Below are positions 38,568 through 50,852 of a DNA stretch of 64,000 bases, one piece after another. The stretch's first letter is position 1. Every line of letters begins with the position of its first letter. The DNA is from Sphyrna mokarran (lineage: Eukaryota), in assembly GCA_024679065.1 (NCBI GenBank), contig JAGIQG010000004.1:99324001-99388000 (forward strand), in the 5' to 3' direction. Both the position numbers and the translations under genes were made by a program. The notes beneath the pieces were generated by a model that saw nothing but the letters and a program-made list of their open reading frames with translations, was not told the DNA's origin and searched no databases.

Positions 38568-38870
38568 CCATGATGTAGAGATGCCGGCATTGGACTGGGG
38601 TAAACTCAGTAAAGTTTTACAACACCAATTTTAAATCCAACCAATTTATTTGATAGTAAATTTGCGAGCTTTCGACTCTATGGCCTTCGTCAGGCAAATG
38701 GCAAGTGCGTCTTCCAGACCCGGAGAGGAAACTGGAACACTCAGAGGAACCCATGCAGACACTGGTTGAAAGTGCAGACATTGCACAGACAGTGACCCAA
38801 GCTGGGAATCAAACTCAGGTCCCTGGCACTGTGAAACAGCAGTGCTAACCATTGTGTCAATGTGTTGCCC
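38568..38870 (-). mobile_element. Chimeric SINE: HE1 tRNA-like head and V-domain joined to Penelope-like hammerhead tail
   Basis: 38870 to about 38705 is an HE1 head (acacaatggttagcactgctg...gtttgattcccagcttgggtcactgtctgtg...gggttcctctgagtgttccagtttcct). 38699-38568 is the same tail family as 35515-35671, in the same orientation and with no spacer. Confidence 0.8.
38660..38699 (-). ncRNA. Minimal type I hammerhead ribozyme motif
   Basis: The - strand RNA reads AUUUGC CUGACGA A GGC-CAUAGA-GUC GAAA GC UC GCAAAU. It has a perfect 6-bp stem I, intact core boxes, a 3-bp stem II, a palindromic AGCU minimal stem III and cleavage triplet CUC. Confidence 0.75.
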
Positions 38871-39546
38871 AAGTGCAGAAAAAGAAAAAGAGAGGGAAAG
38901 CACAATTGGATTGAGAGAGGCAAAAAAAAGGAAAAGGATGCTTAAAAAAGATTTGAAGTGTTTATCAACACCTAAATCAATGCAAAACCTGAACGAATGT
39001 GTCTGTGCTTGCCAGAAATTTATCTTCACTGTCAGAGAGGTTGATTGGCAGTCATTAACACTAGCATGTTACTTAAATGATACTTCTGCTCTTAATTATT
39101 AACTCTAAATATTTGTGGCAAGTTTAGTTCATATCTATTGCACAAATACAATGACTTTGCAACATTCAATGCATGCCAATGGTGAGGAAAGCAGGATCGT
39201 GCTGTATTCATGAAACTAATGACAATATGGACAGCTTCTGGATAACTGTGCATCTGCTTCTCACTGAAATTCTTATACCATATACCAATAGATAACGACA
39301 AGCGCCATTAGCCTCACTGTTATTTCGACATATAATCTTGTCCTTATTTCTCTAAAATAATTTATATAGCTCAATGGGCTCATAATTCCTGTGCATATCA
39401 CATGCCTATATTAAATAATTCATTGTGTATAGAGATCCAGACACCCATTATTTCTGTGTTAGAAAATTAAAGCAGCGTTGTCAACCACACATCTTTCAGC
39501 AACTTAGTTTGTGTTTTTACATAGGTTTGAAGATAGTGATCAAGTA

Positions 39547-39615
39547 TTTTCACAGTAATGTCATTGCAGTGTTAATGTAAGCCTACTTGTGACACCAATA
39601 AATAAACTTCAAACT
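39547..39615 (+). mobile_element. 5'-truncated SINE tail (same tail as 18368 copy)
   Basis: ttttcacagtaatgtcattgcagtgttaatgtaagcctacttgtgacaccaataaataaactt. Confidence 0.75.
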
Positions 39616-39749
39616 TATAGTATTGTTGCTGGATTTCCACACATATCACACATTTACATATCCAAGAATTAATAAGAAAGGTGGCTTTGAACAAGTACTC
39701 TCAATTTGTGATTTTATAATTTTGCATGAAGTTTAATTACATTCAGGAT

Positions 39750-39960
39750 TTTTTGATTTGTTCACGAGATATGTGGGCATCACTGGCAAGGCCAACATTT
39801 ATTGCCATTCCTAATTGCTCTTCAGAAGGTAATGGCGAGTTACCTTCTTGATCTGCTGCAGTCCATTTGGCGTAGGTATAGCTGCAGTATAGTTTGGGAA
39901 CTCAAAGACAGTGACCCAGTGACAATGAAGGAACAATAATATATTTTCAAGAATAATTTG
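39750..39960 (-). mobile_element. CR1/L2-group LINE extreme 3' tail
   Basis: gtgggcatcactggcaaggccaacatttattgccattcctaattgctcttcagaagg is the same tail family as 33062 and 37278. Confidence 0.75.
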
Positions 39961-42900
39961 GATAGGGTGCTGTTTATCACAAAGAATACATAGTACACAA
40001 ACAGGATATTCAACCCAAGATGTCCATGCCAATTCTTATGCTCCACTTAATTCTGTTCCTGTTTTTCCTCATCTGAATGTAGCAGCATAATCGTCCCCCT
40101 TCTTTCTCATATACTTGTCTAGTTTATAAGCATCCATACTATTCACTCTCCCCACTCTGTGGTAATGATTCCCACTCTCTGAGCAAAGAAATTTCTTCTG
40201 AATTCCCTATTCAATTTCTTGGTGACCATTTTATATCGATGAGTCTAGTTATACTCCTTCCCCATAAGGAGAAACATTTTCATTGTATCTCCTCTAAATT
40301 ACAAAATATTTTAGTAAAGGTTTCCATAGGGTCACCCCCTCAACTTGCTTTTCTTACTCGCCAGTTGGAGAATTGGCCAGAGCCCCATGTTGCTTCTCTT
40401 GTGGAAGGCTACTCTGATATTAAGTATCACATATCACATCATATTAGGCACTTAAAAGGCCAGCATTGAGCCTTCCCTGAGATTAAAGTTCCTGGGAACA
40501 GCCGTCATCGCTGTCAGAGCCACCAGGAGCAGTGGCAGCTACTGATAATGCACCTAGAGGCCCAGATCAACTAGGGAGCCCAAGACAATAACTTTGGGAT
40601 GGGCTTTGAGAGGGAGAGGGAAATAGGGAACGGAGGCCAGAGGAATGGGGTTGGCTCTCTGGGGTCTTCTCCCTTTCTGATGCTGGACCCCGATTATGAG
40701 AGAACCCCACTCCCGAAAACCTGTCTGGCTTCGCATTTTGAGCTGAGTGTCTGCTATTACTTACGCTGAATATCAGCAGCGATGGATAAAGTTCTTAAGC
40801 TATTGATGAGCCTTCCTGAATGGGCTTAATCAGGTGGAGACAGGAAGATGGCAGCGTCCCCATAATGTATCCTCTCATCAGATTAGACACACCACCACCT
40901 CACCTCGCAGGGGCAGCAGGGTGTGGGGGGAAGGCAAGAGTATTATGTTCTGCCCAATAACTTACCCTCACTTATATTTTGTATCAGATGATGGATAGAG
41001 CCTGTTGGATTAGTAACTCCAGGCTCTGGGTGTCTACGTAGCAATGTTTTGAAGTGAGATAGAATCACTCATATAGTAAAATGTACCATTCAACATCTAA
41101 ATGTTCTGCACCTCATGCTGTTGGCTGAAACCTTCACCCTCATTAAGATTTTCCTCAAGTTGAACATTTTAGACCATTATTTCCAGAATGGAAACTTTTG
41201 CTATCAGTACTATGTATAACTTGAGCAACATTATGAACCTGTGGGAGTGCAGTCCACTGAGAGAGAGAGAATAGAGATAGCTTGATTGATGAAAAAGAGC
41301 TGCATATTCATCCTTCAAATCAACCAGAGACCCTCAGTTACAAATGGATTGTAGGCTCACATTTCCATTTCTGCTGTTTAGTCCCAGCTTATCATCAGCT
41401 TTCTGATTCATATCTGTAGTTCATCAAAGAAGAAAAATATTTAAGACCAGCAACGCAATCGGGTGCCCTTTTGTCAACTTACACTGCCCTTCAACAAAAA
41501 ATTGTAGGACACCTTGCAATTAGATTCACAAGATTAAATGTTTGGGGACACAGGTATGGATTTAAATATTCATTTCTTGATATTAATCTTTTAAAAATGT
41601 TGAAAATTATGTTAATATCTTCGCACACTTGACCGATGGTTAAATATGGTTATAATGACCACTCTAGTGTGCTTTATGCAGGAATGGCTGTCAGACAGTT
41701 GATTAAAACATGAGGTACAGTTGAGTGCTTTCATCAGCTTGAATTCCTTATATCAGCATAAAGCAGACTGGAGCATTAATTATTACTATTGGTAGATGTA
41801 TTGTGACGCAATTGAGCTACAGTTAAACTCATTGTAGATACATTAGCTTTCAACATGCATGCCATGGACTTTGAATGGATTCACTGTGATTTGATAACCT
41901 CATGAGTACGGCAGCCATAACATAGCAATGGTTCAGAGAATACCTGCATCACTTGGGAATGGCAAAAGCCATACAGATCTGCAAAGTTGTATGTTGTATT
42001 TGAACTATGGCCTTATTTGGCCACCAATTCAAATGAAAAATGTTTGAGTCGTCTCATCACAGTGTTTAAAAATGTGAGCTTGCAGTGCAGAATGGATTTG
42101 ATTGGATCTTTGCAATGATGATGTGGCAGAACAGGACTTCTCCCATTCTTCTGACATCACTACAATCTTGATCCAGTTTTTGGGTCAGGATTCACCACTG
42201 CAGCACCCAAACAGGTGACAAAGGATCTTTAAGGGACAGATCAACTGGTGGAACCTTAACACCTGTAAAGGTGTAGGCACAAAGTAGTCCCAATCCTGCT
42301 GGGTGATGTCCATCTTGCTGCCAAAGCAATCTTACTGGAGGCGGTCAATTCCGAGGATGCCTTGGGAAGCATCAACCAATTAAGGATAGCAGCTGGAGCT
42401 AGCACCCAGCTGTCCAATGGGAAAGCCTGCAGAGCTCTTCTGCTGGCAGTCACACAGAGAGATGGGCATAGCTGTAGCAGGCAGGAGAATGCCTGGGCAT
42501 CTGAGGGATGAAGGATATATGAAAAGTTCTTTGTGGCTGCAGTTGCTGGGTCATCATTTTGTCGGGAAGGTGGTGTGTGCAGCAAGGGAGAGAGATTCTT
42601 GCACAGGAAGGCCTGTCTTGCAGCTGACGCCCTGTAGCAAATCTGGTGTCAGGGTGGGGGAGAAAATGGCCTTGCCAATTACCCAGCCTGCATCCATGAT
42701 GAGCCAGGCTTCATCCACAATGTGAGGCTTGTCTGTCGGTGGTAAGATGTTGGCAATAGCTCCAACTTGGCCCAGAGTGGTCAGTTGATTGCTACTCATT
42801 GAGTACTCATTGTTGCTTGGGGGAGGGGGGAGGAGGGTGGTTGGCCACTTCTGTTGCTCAACTGCTTCCTGCAAGGTTATCTGGAAGTGGCATTATTGAA

Positions 42901-45900
42901 CCCACTCCCAAAGGCCTCAATGGATTCCAGCCAATGTATCAGACTTCTTCTTCACTCTTGGTGTGGTCAAGGTAGAGAGCAAATTGGTGGGCCTTTGGGG
43001 CAGAAATGGAGGGATACTAGGCCTCTCCCTTTAAAGAATGTGGAGTCATTAACTGTTGCCATGCTGGGCCTGTATCACTTAGCATCAGGCTATCCTAGAG
43101 ATTATGATAGTTGGGTTGGATGGAGAAATCTGAGCCAAGAGACAGGTCCTCTCTTCCCAACAGTATTTTCACATGGCGAGTGAGGAAAAGGAGCCAGCAG
43201 CAGTTCTTGCAGCGTTAGTAGGATAGAAACCAGAGCTGGGGTGATGAGGCAATAATGGGCCTCAAAGCCGTATTTGCTATTATCTCACCCAATTGGAGAC
43301 ACATTATTGAAATACTGTGCTATGATCCTGACCAACATTGTATCCAACTTAGGATGGCTCAGTTATGACACAGGAGGCTGAAGATGTTCGACGTAATGGC
43401 AAGCATATCTCTACAAACGAGAGAGTCTAATTAATAAATGGAGAGGATGGAGAAAGTTAGAAAACAAAAGTTGTAACCCTGTTTTTTTTTCAAATAAATT
43501 TTCCTGTTTTGTTTATGATGATCAAGCTCTTAATGTTCTGGAATTCAATGCAAGTTAGACTGGCATTGAGCATCACTGTGGTATTTCTGCAGAATGCCTC
43601 TCCTGACATTTCCAGTCCATGATTTACCCTGTTGAAATTATGTCGGTGTCAACTTGGCCTACAGGACCGACATCTTGTGCTCCGAATTTGAATCGTTTAG
43701 GTGCCACTTGATTTCTAATGTCTAGTAGTGCACACTCCTGCATTTCAAACCTTGCACACTTCATTTAAATGGATACCTCATAAATAGTGTGCAAGGCATG
43801 CAATGGATTTGGTATTACGAAACCCCACAAATCGCAGTTCCAGAATCATCCTTGCTTGGTGGAATCTTGTTATCCAGTTTAGCTGCTGATGGGAAGTAAT
43901 GAACTGTAAATTCAGAAGGATAAGAAGATTGGTGTCAACGGATTCAGACACTCATTACTTTGGTAACCCAGTTGCCTTACCTAGCTACTTAAAGAGTCAG
44001 GTGAGCATTTCAGTGTTAAGCATCAGCTACTACTGCAAAAACAAAGTTAAACCTTTGTATGTCAATCTGAGGCTCAAACCATTAAAAATGCTCCAATTTT
44101 TTGAACAATAACACTTGTTTGATACTGTCTTTAAAAGTATTGAAGGATAGGAATGTCCCTAAACTCTGAGATTAGTGGGGTATGGGGATATAGAGGTAGG
44201 GGGATTAGCTGCAGTATGTATGACCTCATGCTACTGTGTCTGCTTTAGTTATCTGGAATTAGGGAATCTCTGGGGCTCTGATAGTGATATTCTAATTAGT
44301 AGATACTGAAATTATTCATGGACACAAGTACAAAAGACCTAAAGAAGAAGAAGAATTTAGGCAAAAGAATAAACTATTTCCTGTACATCAGAAGAATTAT
44401 TCACAAAAACAGTTTCTTCATAAACTGGATTAGTTGCTCTGGTTTGTTGTACAACTTGCTTTTAAAAAATTGTAACATGTTTGCTGACAAACCATTTTGT
44501 GATGTTGAGCCCAATATTCAAACCCATCAAATGTAACATTAGTAACATCAAGCAAGTTAGCAGAATGGTTTGTTATGAAAACTCACAACTAGTTTGACTT
44601 TATCATATGGTTTACAAACTCTTATGCGTAAACAAATGTTGAAAGATCACTTTTGATTTTCTATGTGGGCCTTCGGCTGAGGTCCAGATCATTTTGAATG
44701 ATGTTTCTGAAGTAAACATCAACTCTTGCAAAGTGTTTGCCTCCAGTTTTCTTTTCCTGGGAAAAGCGCAAACCAAGGATGAAATTAGGTTGCAGCTAGT
44801 GCAAGCTCGATATTATGCATCTCAGGATGGACATCTCTTGCCCTTTGGTCATAGTGCACTCATGAGCTACATTGGGATCCACAATCAAACTTTCATTACA
44901 GCACACCCTAAAGATGGTATCAATTCATTATAAACACAGCCCACAAGTTACCAAGCTGCTCATATTCAGTCATTTTAAAAAAGTCAATGTTATTTTGGTC
45001 AATGTGTAAGCCACATTTTGTGTTAATTTAACCCTGAAAGGAAGCATCTCACAACATAAAGAAATTCTTTTATTGATTTGGTTAGTGGTCACATTAGCAT
45101 CAGAACTCAATAGTTAAATTATCACAGTTTTTCTTTCTTATAAAATGTGATCTTTATTCCTATCAAAAGATCAAAGATCCAATATATTAAAAACATGATG
45201 CTCAGAAGAACAGATTGGCCAGTGTTTTACACATCTTCCCAGCATAGAGGAAAATGAGGCTTTGTTGAATCACAGCAAATACAACCTGTAACATTACAGG
45301 ATGTTTATACCACAAGAGGTGATGAGATAGATGTGGACGAGGAGATTATTCCAGCCAACCTAGATTATCCAATCCAGAAAATTTGACAGTTCCATCATCA
45401 AAACATTTAATTCTTTATGAAATGATTACAGGAATTTTATTTATGTCTTCAATATTCTATCCTGAAGTCTTTCTAAGTATTCATCATTCTGTGTGTAATA
45501 AATAACTGACATGAGCTTGTTCTGAATGTGTCCTGTTGCCTAACCTCTCCCAGCCAGCATCATGTTATTTACCCAATCTTCCAGATTTAACTTTTTATAC
45601 ATCTCACAGGTCTCCTCTTCAAGAGTAAAAAGCTCAATACTTATAAAATGAATGATCAAGCTACGATACAAGTCTACTAGAAATTTGACTGGGTTTCAGA
45701 TTTAGTCCAAACATTAAGTCACAATGAAAGACATCCCATTGTTTCTTTAAGGTCAGAAGGTTATAATTAATACGCCACTACAAATACCTCTCTGCAAGCA
45801 TCCAGTGAATTATGGATGTCAAGGTGACAGCACATTTGCCTCAGGTATTTACCAAAGCCATTAGTGTTGCTGTAGGCATTCTCTATCTATTAAGAATGTT

Positions 45901-47596
45901 CCCTTATGTAATAGTCAGAACTCTACAGAGAAGAAATTTAATTCATATTATCATCAAAAATAATCAGTCTTCAAATCTGTAATGAAAAACACCACCTGCT
46001 TGTTTACCCACAGATCTCTATCTGCATAATGAGCAATCTCATGCACATTGATTTTAAGATTTCTCTATTACCAATTTAATGTGTTCTCATTTTAAATACG
46101 ACGCACCAGTATGCAATAAAAATATTAATTTCCAACATGACTACTCCACTGAGCATCACCAGTACATTCTGTTCAAACAACTGAATGGATATATTACTCC
46201 ACCAATACTTAAATAATTGGAAGATGATTGCGAAAAAAAATAAAAATTTGAATTGGTAGCATTTTCCAAATTGTATCACTTTGTAGGACACATTTCTTTG
46301 ATACTGTATATTTATAAATCTAAAATACCATAAAGAATATGAATAATAGAAAATCTTGATGAATATTAAACTAGATGTCACTGTGTATTACTGTACCCAA
46401 CAATGCAAGTATAATGGATATAATAATATCATACAAGTTATTTCACTTTGCCTTTTGGATATTTTTTATTATTTATCTTTCCTGGTATTCTTTATTGTAA
46501 ATACTTCCTGATTCCAGAAGAATGGATTAAATTGACACTCTAAGTTATGAGACCCCAAAAGAAACTTAGTTTCTGCCCCAATTATTTAACTTTGCTTAAC
46601 ATTTCAGGAAGCTTACACTAACCACTCTCCTACTGCAAAGGTCCATATAAAGGGGCTGGGGAAGATGCATTTTGTTATCAGAATGCAGAACATATTGCTG
46701 CTCTTACACCACTGCACAATACATTGTCCTGACATTGGCCAGTACCAAACAATGATAAGGTCCTGTTGAAATGAATAGCGTTAATTCAGAAAAGCTGCAT
46801 TTCACAGGCCATTGAGTAAACCTGCGATGGTTGTTGCTGAAAGTGCATCTTAAAGGAGAAACACAACTGTAATGATCAAGGTAATGGTGAATTTAATCTG
46901 GAGAGATAGATAAATGGTGTACTGGCCTTGATCAAGTTTTGAACATCTTTCTTACAACGTGGCACATTAATAGATTATCAGGAATACACCAATAATGCTT
47001 ACCCAAAAGTGACAAAAATATATTTGTATCATGCTCAAAAATTACAGCTTTATTTTTTAAAAGAAAACATCTGAAATAAGTGTGGGATCAGCTTTCCAAG
47101 TATCTTTATTCATATGACAGATCTTGAAACAGATATTACTATACAAATATTTTAGTTGGCAAGTGGCATAAAAAGAACAATGAAATCTTATCTAAAGTGT
47201 AATTTTGTCAAATGATGAATTATCTTTTTAAAAGATAAATAACTATTTGACATGTAAAGCCCTCATGCTGCAAATAAATTGAACAAAAGCTGAACTGAAA
47301 TTTCAGGCTAACTAAACTTGCTTAAAGTATACGTATTGTAGATCTCACATTGCCTATTTGAACACCAAGTATTAGAGCTACTACTGATAAAATGTAACAC
47401 TATTAACAGGATGTTATGATAGTCACAGATAATCTTACAAAACACATCTCCACAAAATATCAGCTTACTTTCTCTGTTTCATATTCACACACTGTACTTG
47501 TGAACTCAATTGCTCAGTCTGCCAAGATGAGGAAGCAAGTGTTCTCCAGTTGTGTTTAATTACCTAATTTATGATCCATTTGTTCAAGCACTTCAA

Positions 47597-47752
47597 GTGG
47601 AAGTAAATCTTGGTGGGGCAAAGAGAAACTCCAGTCACCCACTACCAGAGGGTCAGAAGACGTTGTCAACCATGTCACACTGTCTAGTCAATACAATTTC
47701 TCAGCCACACACCTGTTTAGCCTATACCAACAGAATTGAGCCAAGAGTAAAG
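47597..47752 (+). pseudogene. DACH2: Decayed DACH2 cassette exon (pseudo-exon)
   Basis: Translates in phase 1 as (G)GSKSWWGKEKLQSPTTRGSEDVVNHVTLSSQYNFSATHLFSLYQQN*AKSK. Recalled human DACH2 is GGSESSWDKDKMQSPFAAPGPQHGIAHAALAGQPGIGGAPTLNPLQQNHLLTN. Position and strand are correct. The acceptor reads cttcaa|GTGGA instead of cag|GTGGA, there is a TGA at 47737-47739, and there is no GT at the expected donor. Confidence 0.8.
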
Positions 47753-50050
47753 TATAGTTTACACGTATCTTTTCTTTTAGGCCTGCAAAGACCTGTGTAT
47801 GTGTGTGTGTTGATGACAGCCAAACTAAGTCATCTATAAACATAAGAATATTAAAGGATGTAAAAGTGGTTGGAGAGCATGACTACTTGGTAAAAGGACC
47901 ATTTCACACTGCAGGAACCACACTTCCAAAACATTCAGAGGAGGAGAGGAGCGAAAAGGAGAAAAACTGGAACATAAACAGAATTAACTCATGGCTAAAG
48001 CACAATTTGTGTTGCTTTCTTGTATCTTCCAGCACAGTGACTAAACTGTTTACATATTAAGGCGAGAACAATAATACTGGAGTGACATTATGTAGCTCAG
48101 TTCATAATACACCTTAAGCATAACTGTCAATCATTGAAAATACTCTCTGTAGCTAACCCTTCAGCAAGAATCACAACTGTCAATAGCAAGCTCACGAGGA
48201 ATTCCCTGGCCTGCTGGGAGGGGAGGATTTATAACCAGTCATGAACACAGGGATCCTCATTCTTAGCAGCAATTAGTTTAACACCCATGGGCCTCCTTGG
48301 GAACTCCAAACAACTCATCACATCATCAGTACAATCTGGTACATTAAAACACGATTTGATGCCGATTTGTAAACACTATAATTATAGGGAAATGACTCGC
48401 TATACAAATGTAATTTAACATTGTGATTTATATATCTAGGTGTGAAATTATATGTGAACTGGACATTGTAGTGACACAGAAGGTTGAATCTAACTTTTTC
48501 TGGTCGTTGAGACTATAGCCATGAATTGTAGTGTGTGTTTATTTCTATGCTATTGAACTACCAGTGTATAGTTGATCAAGAACCAAAGATGTAATGAAAG
48601 GCTGTTTTTATTGCTTAAATAGTTATCTTCACCATGCTGCTGTTATTTAGTTTCCAATTACAGTAACGAGGAATGATCAGAAGTAAATGAGTTAGGTAGA
48701 GAACAAAGGTTCTGCACATAAATTGCAAAAGAGAAAGTTACACCAAGATTGCTCCTGCACAGGTCTAATTTAGTAGAGTTGAAAAGAATGGGGACATGTT
48801 TAGTTTCTTAAAATGCAAGCCTAGCCTGCTACAGCTACTGATTTGGCCAATGAGAATGTTATGGTTCAGGCTTTCCCTCAACATTTTGCCTCGCTGACTT
48901 TCCTATTGTAATGTTGTGCATGGATGGGTTCATATTTACTGCCAGAACAGAACTCTATGAGATTATTCAATCCAAGAGGTCTCTAAAGGCAGAGCTGCCC
49001 ATCATCCATAATTAAACAGTTCAGACAGTTACACTGAAGCCTGATGAGTAGGTGCTCATACTTCATCTGCTTTCTGAACACCTGTTAATACTACTGCCAT
49101 ATACAGCCAAATTAGAACAAATCCTCTGTAACCAATTTCCCGACTGACCTGGTCTTGTCCCGTTTACAATTACACACAATTTTCAATTCCTGGCACAGAA
49201 TTCTGGTATCGTGGAATTGGAGCCAACAGAATTTTTGATGGAACTCAGGTTTTGGCCTTGTTCACAAAGCCATGGTAAATTTTGATTGGTGAAGATTGTA
49301 ACACGTAGTTTTTCTGCCTGCCCTGTAGCAATGTTTGGGGACTTTGTTGGGTTATCCCAAAAACCCCATTAAGATACATTTCCAATAGACTCAAGGGTAA
49401 ATATATCTTGATAAAGGTCTCCCATTGGTTACTTATTTCTTTGTAATGATCGTCTCAGCTCAGATTGGATCTTGAACTTTATCTCCATAATGACACTGCA
49501 ACCAATAGCCCATGCTGGTTAAATGAGTGCTAGAGGATAATTGGAGCAATAGTAGGTGTGATTCTGGGCTGTTTATGGGCTCTATTCTTTACTATCTTAC
49601 AAACACCATCAATCAGACTTTTTTTGTATTGTGAACTCAGAATCAAGTGGGCTAGTAACTGTATACAAAGTACATCATAGTCCATTATTATACATTTAAT
49701 ATATCATAAAAAAAATTAAGCTTCAAAACAACATCAAATGAAGATATTGTGGCCGATTTGCATTCAAATCTGATGGTGGAAACGAAGTGCGTGCCTATTT
49801 AAAATAGGCAGTCTACTTATCCATTCAAAATTTGATTATTTTAACTTTCAGGTAGTTGGATGCATCACTGTTTGAAGAAGGCAGCAGCACATGAATGTAT
49901 GCAAATTGAGGTATAATCCCATCAGAAGAATCTTTACTGAATTTGAATATACTTTAGAATAAAATCTTCGATCTTCCAAAAACAATATATCTTGTCCTGC
50001 TGTCATCCTCACTTGAACTCTGTTATTCTGGATACCATAACCTAGTTTCC

Positions 50051-50327
50051 ACAGAATCACTTTAGTGCAGAAGGAAGCCATCCATGACATCGAGATTGCA
50101 CCAAGTCTCTCAAAGAGCATCTTACCGAGGCCCACCCCCACTGCTCTATCCCGTGCATTTACCAAGGCCAACCTATCTAATCTTTGGACTGTGGGAGGAA
50201 ACCACAGCACCCAATATACGCAAGCACAGGGAGAACGTGCCCACTCCACACACAGTCATCTGAGGCTGGAATTGAATCAAGAGTGGTAAGGCAGCAGTGC
50301 TTTAACAACTGTGCCAACATGCTGTCC
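50051..50327 (-). mobile_element. HE1-type V-SINE
   Basis: agtgcagaaggaagccat...tctttggactgtgggaggaaacc...ggcagcagtgctttaacaactgtgcca. Confidence 0.85.
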
Positions 50328-50525
50328 TGGGAGGCTGATTCTTCTGGACATACAGTTCCGAGTAGAAGCAAGTTGGAACATTTATCTGGCATTATCAACA
50401 CTTATATAATGCTCTGCACACAGGAGGGTTGAAAGTTGTGCTGACATTTGCTGATGGAGCTTTACTGAGCTCACCTCTCAAATAATCATTAAAAAGCTTT
50501 GCAATATTGCTCTGAAGACTTACTC

Positions 50526-50852
50526 TAGAATCATAGAATCCAACATTGCAGAAGGAGGCCTTTTGGCCCATTGAGTCTGCACCGACAACAATCCCACCCA
50601 GGTCCTATCCCTGTAATCCCTGGTTTACTCTGATAATCCCTCTAACCTACTCATCCCAAGATATTAGGGACAATATAGCATGGCACTCAATATAATCCGC
50701 ACATCTTGGAACTGTGGAGGAAACCAGAGTGCCCAGAGGAAACCAGGGAGAATGTGCAAACTCTACACAGACAGTGAACCAAGCCAGGAATCGAACCCAT
50801 GTCCCTGGAGCTGTGAGACAGCAGTGCTAACCACTGTGTTACCATACTGCCC
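50526..50852 (-). mobile_element. HE1-type V-SINE
   Basis: tagaatcatagaatcc tail and ggaatcgaaccc...cagcagtgctaaccactgtg head. Confidence 0.9.
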
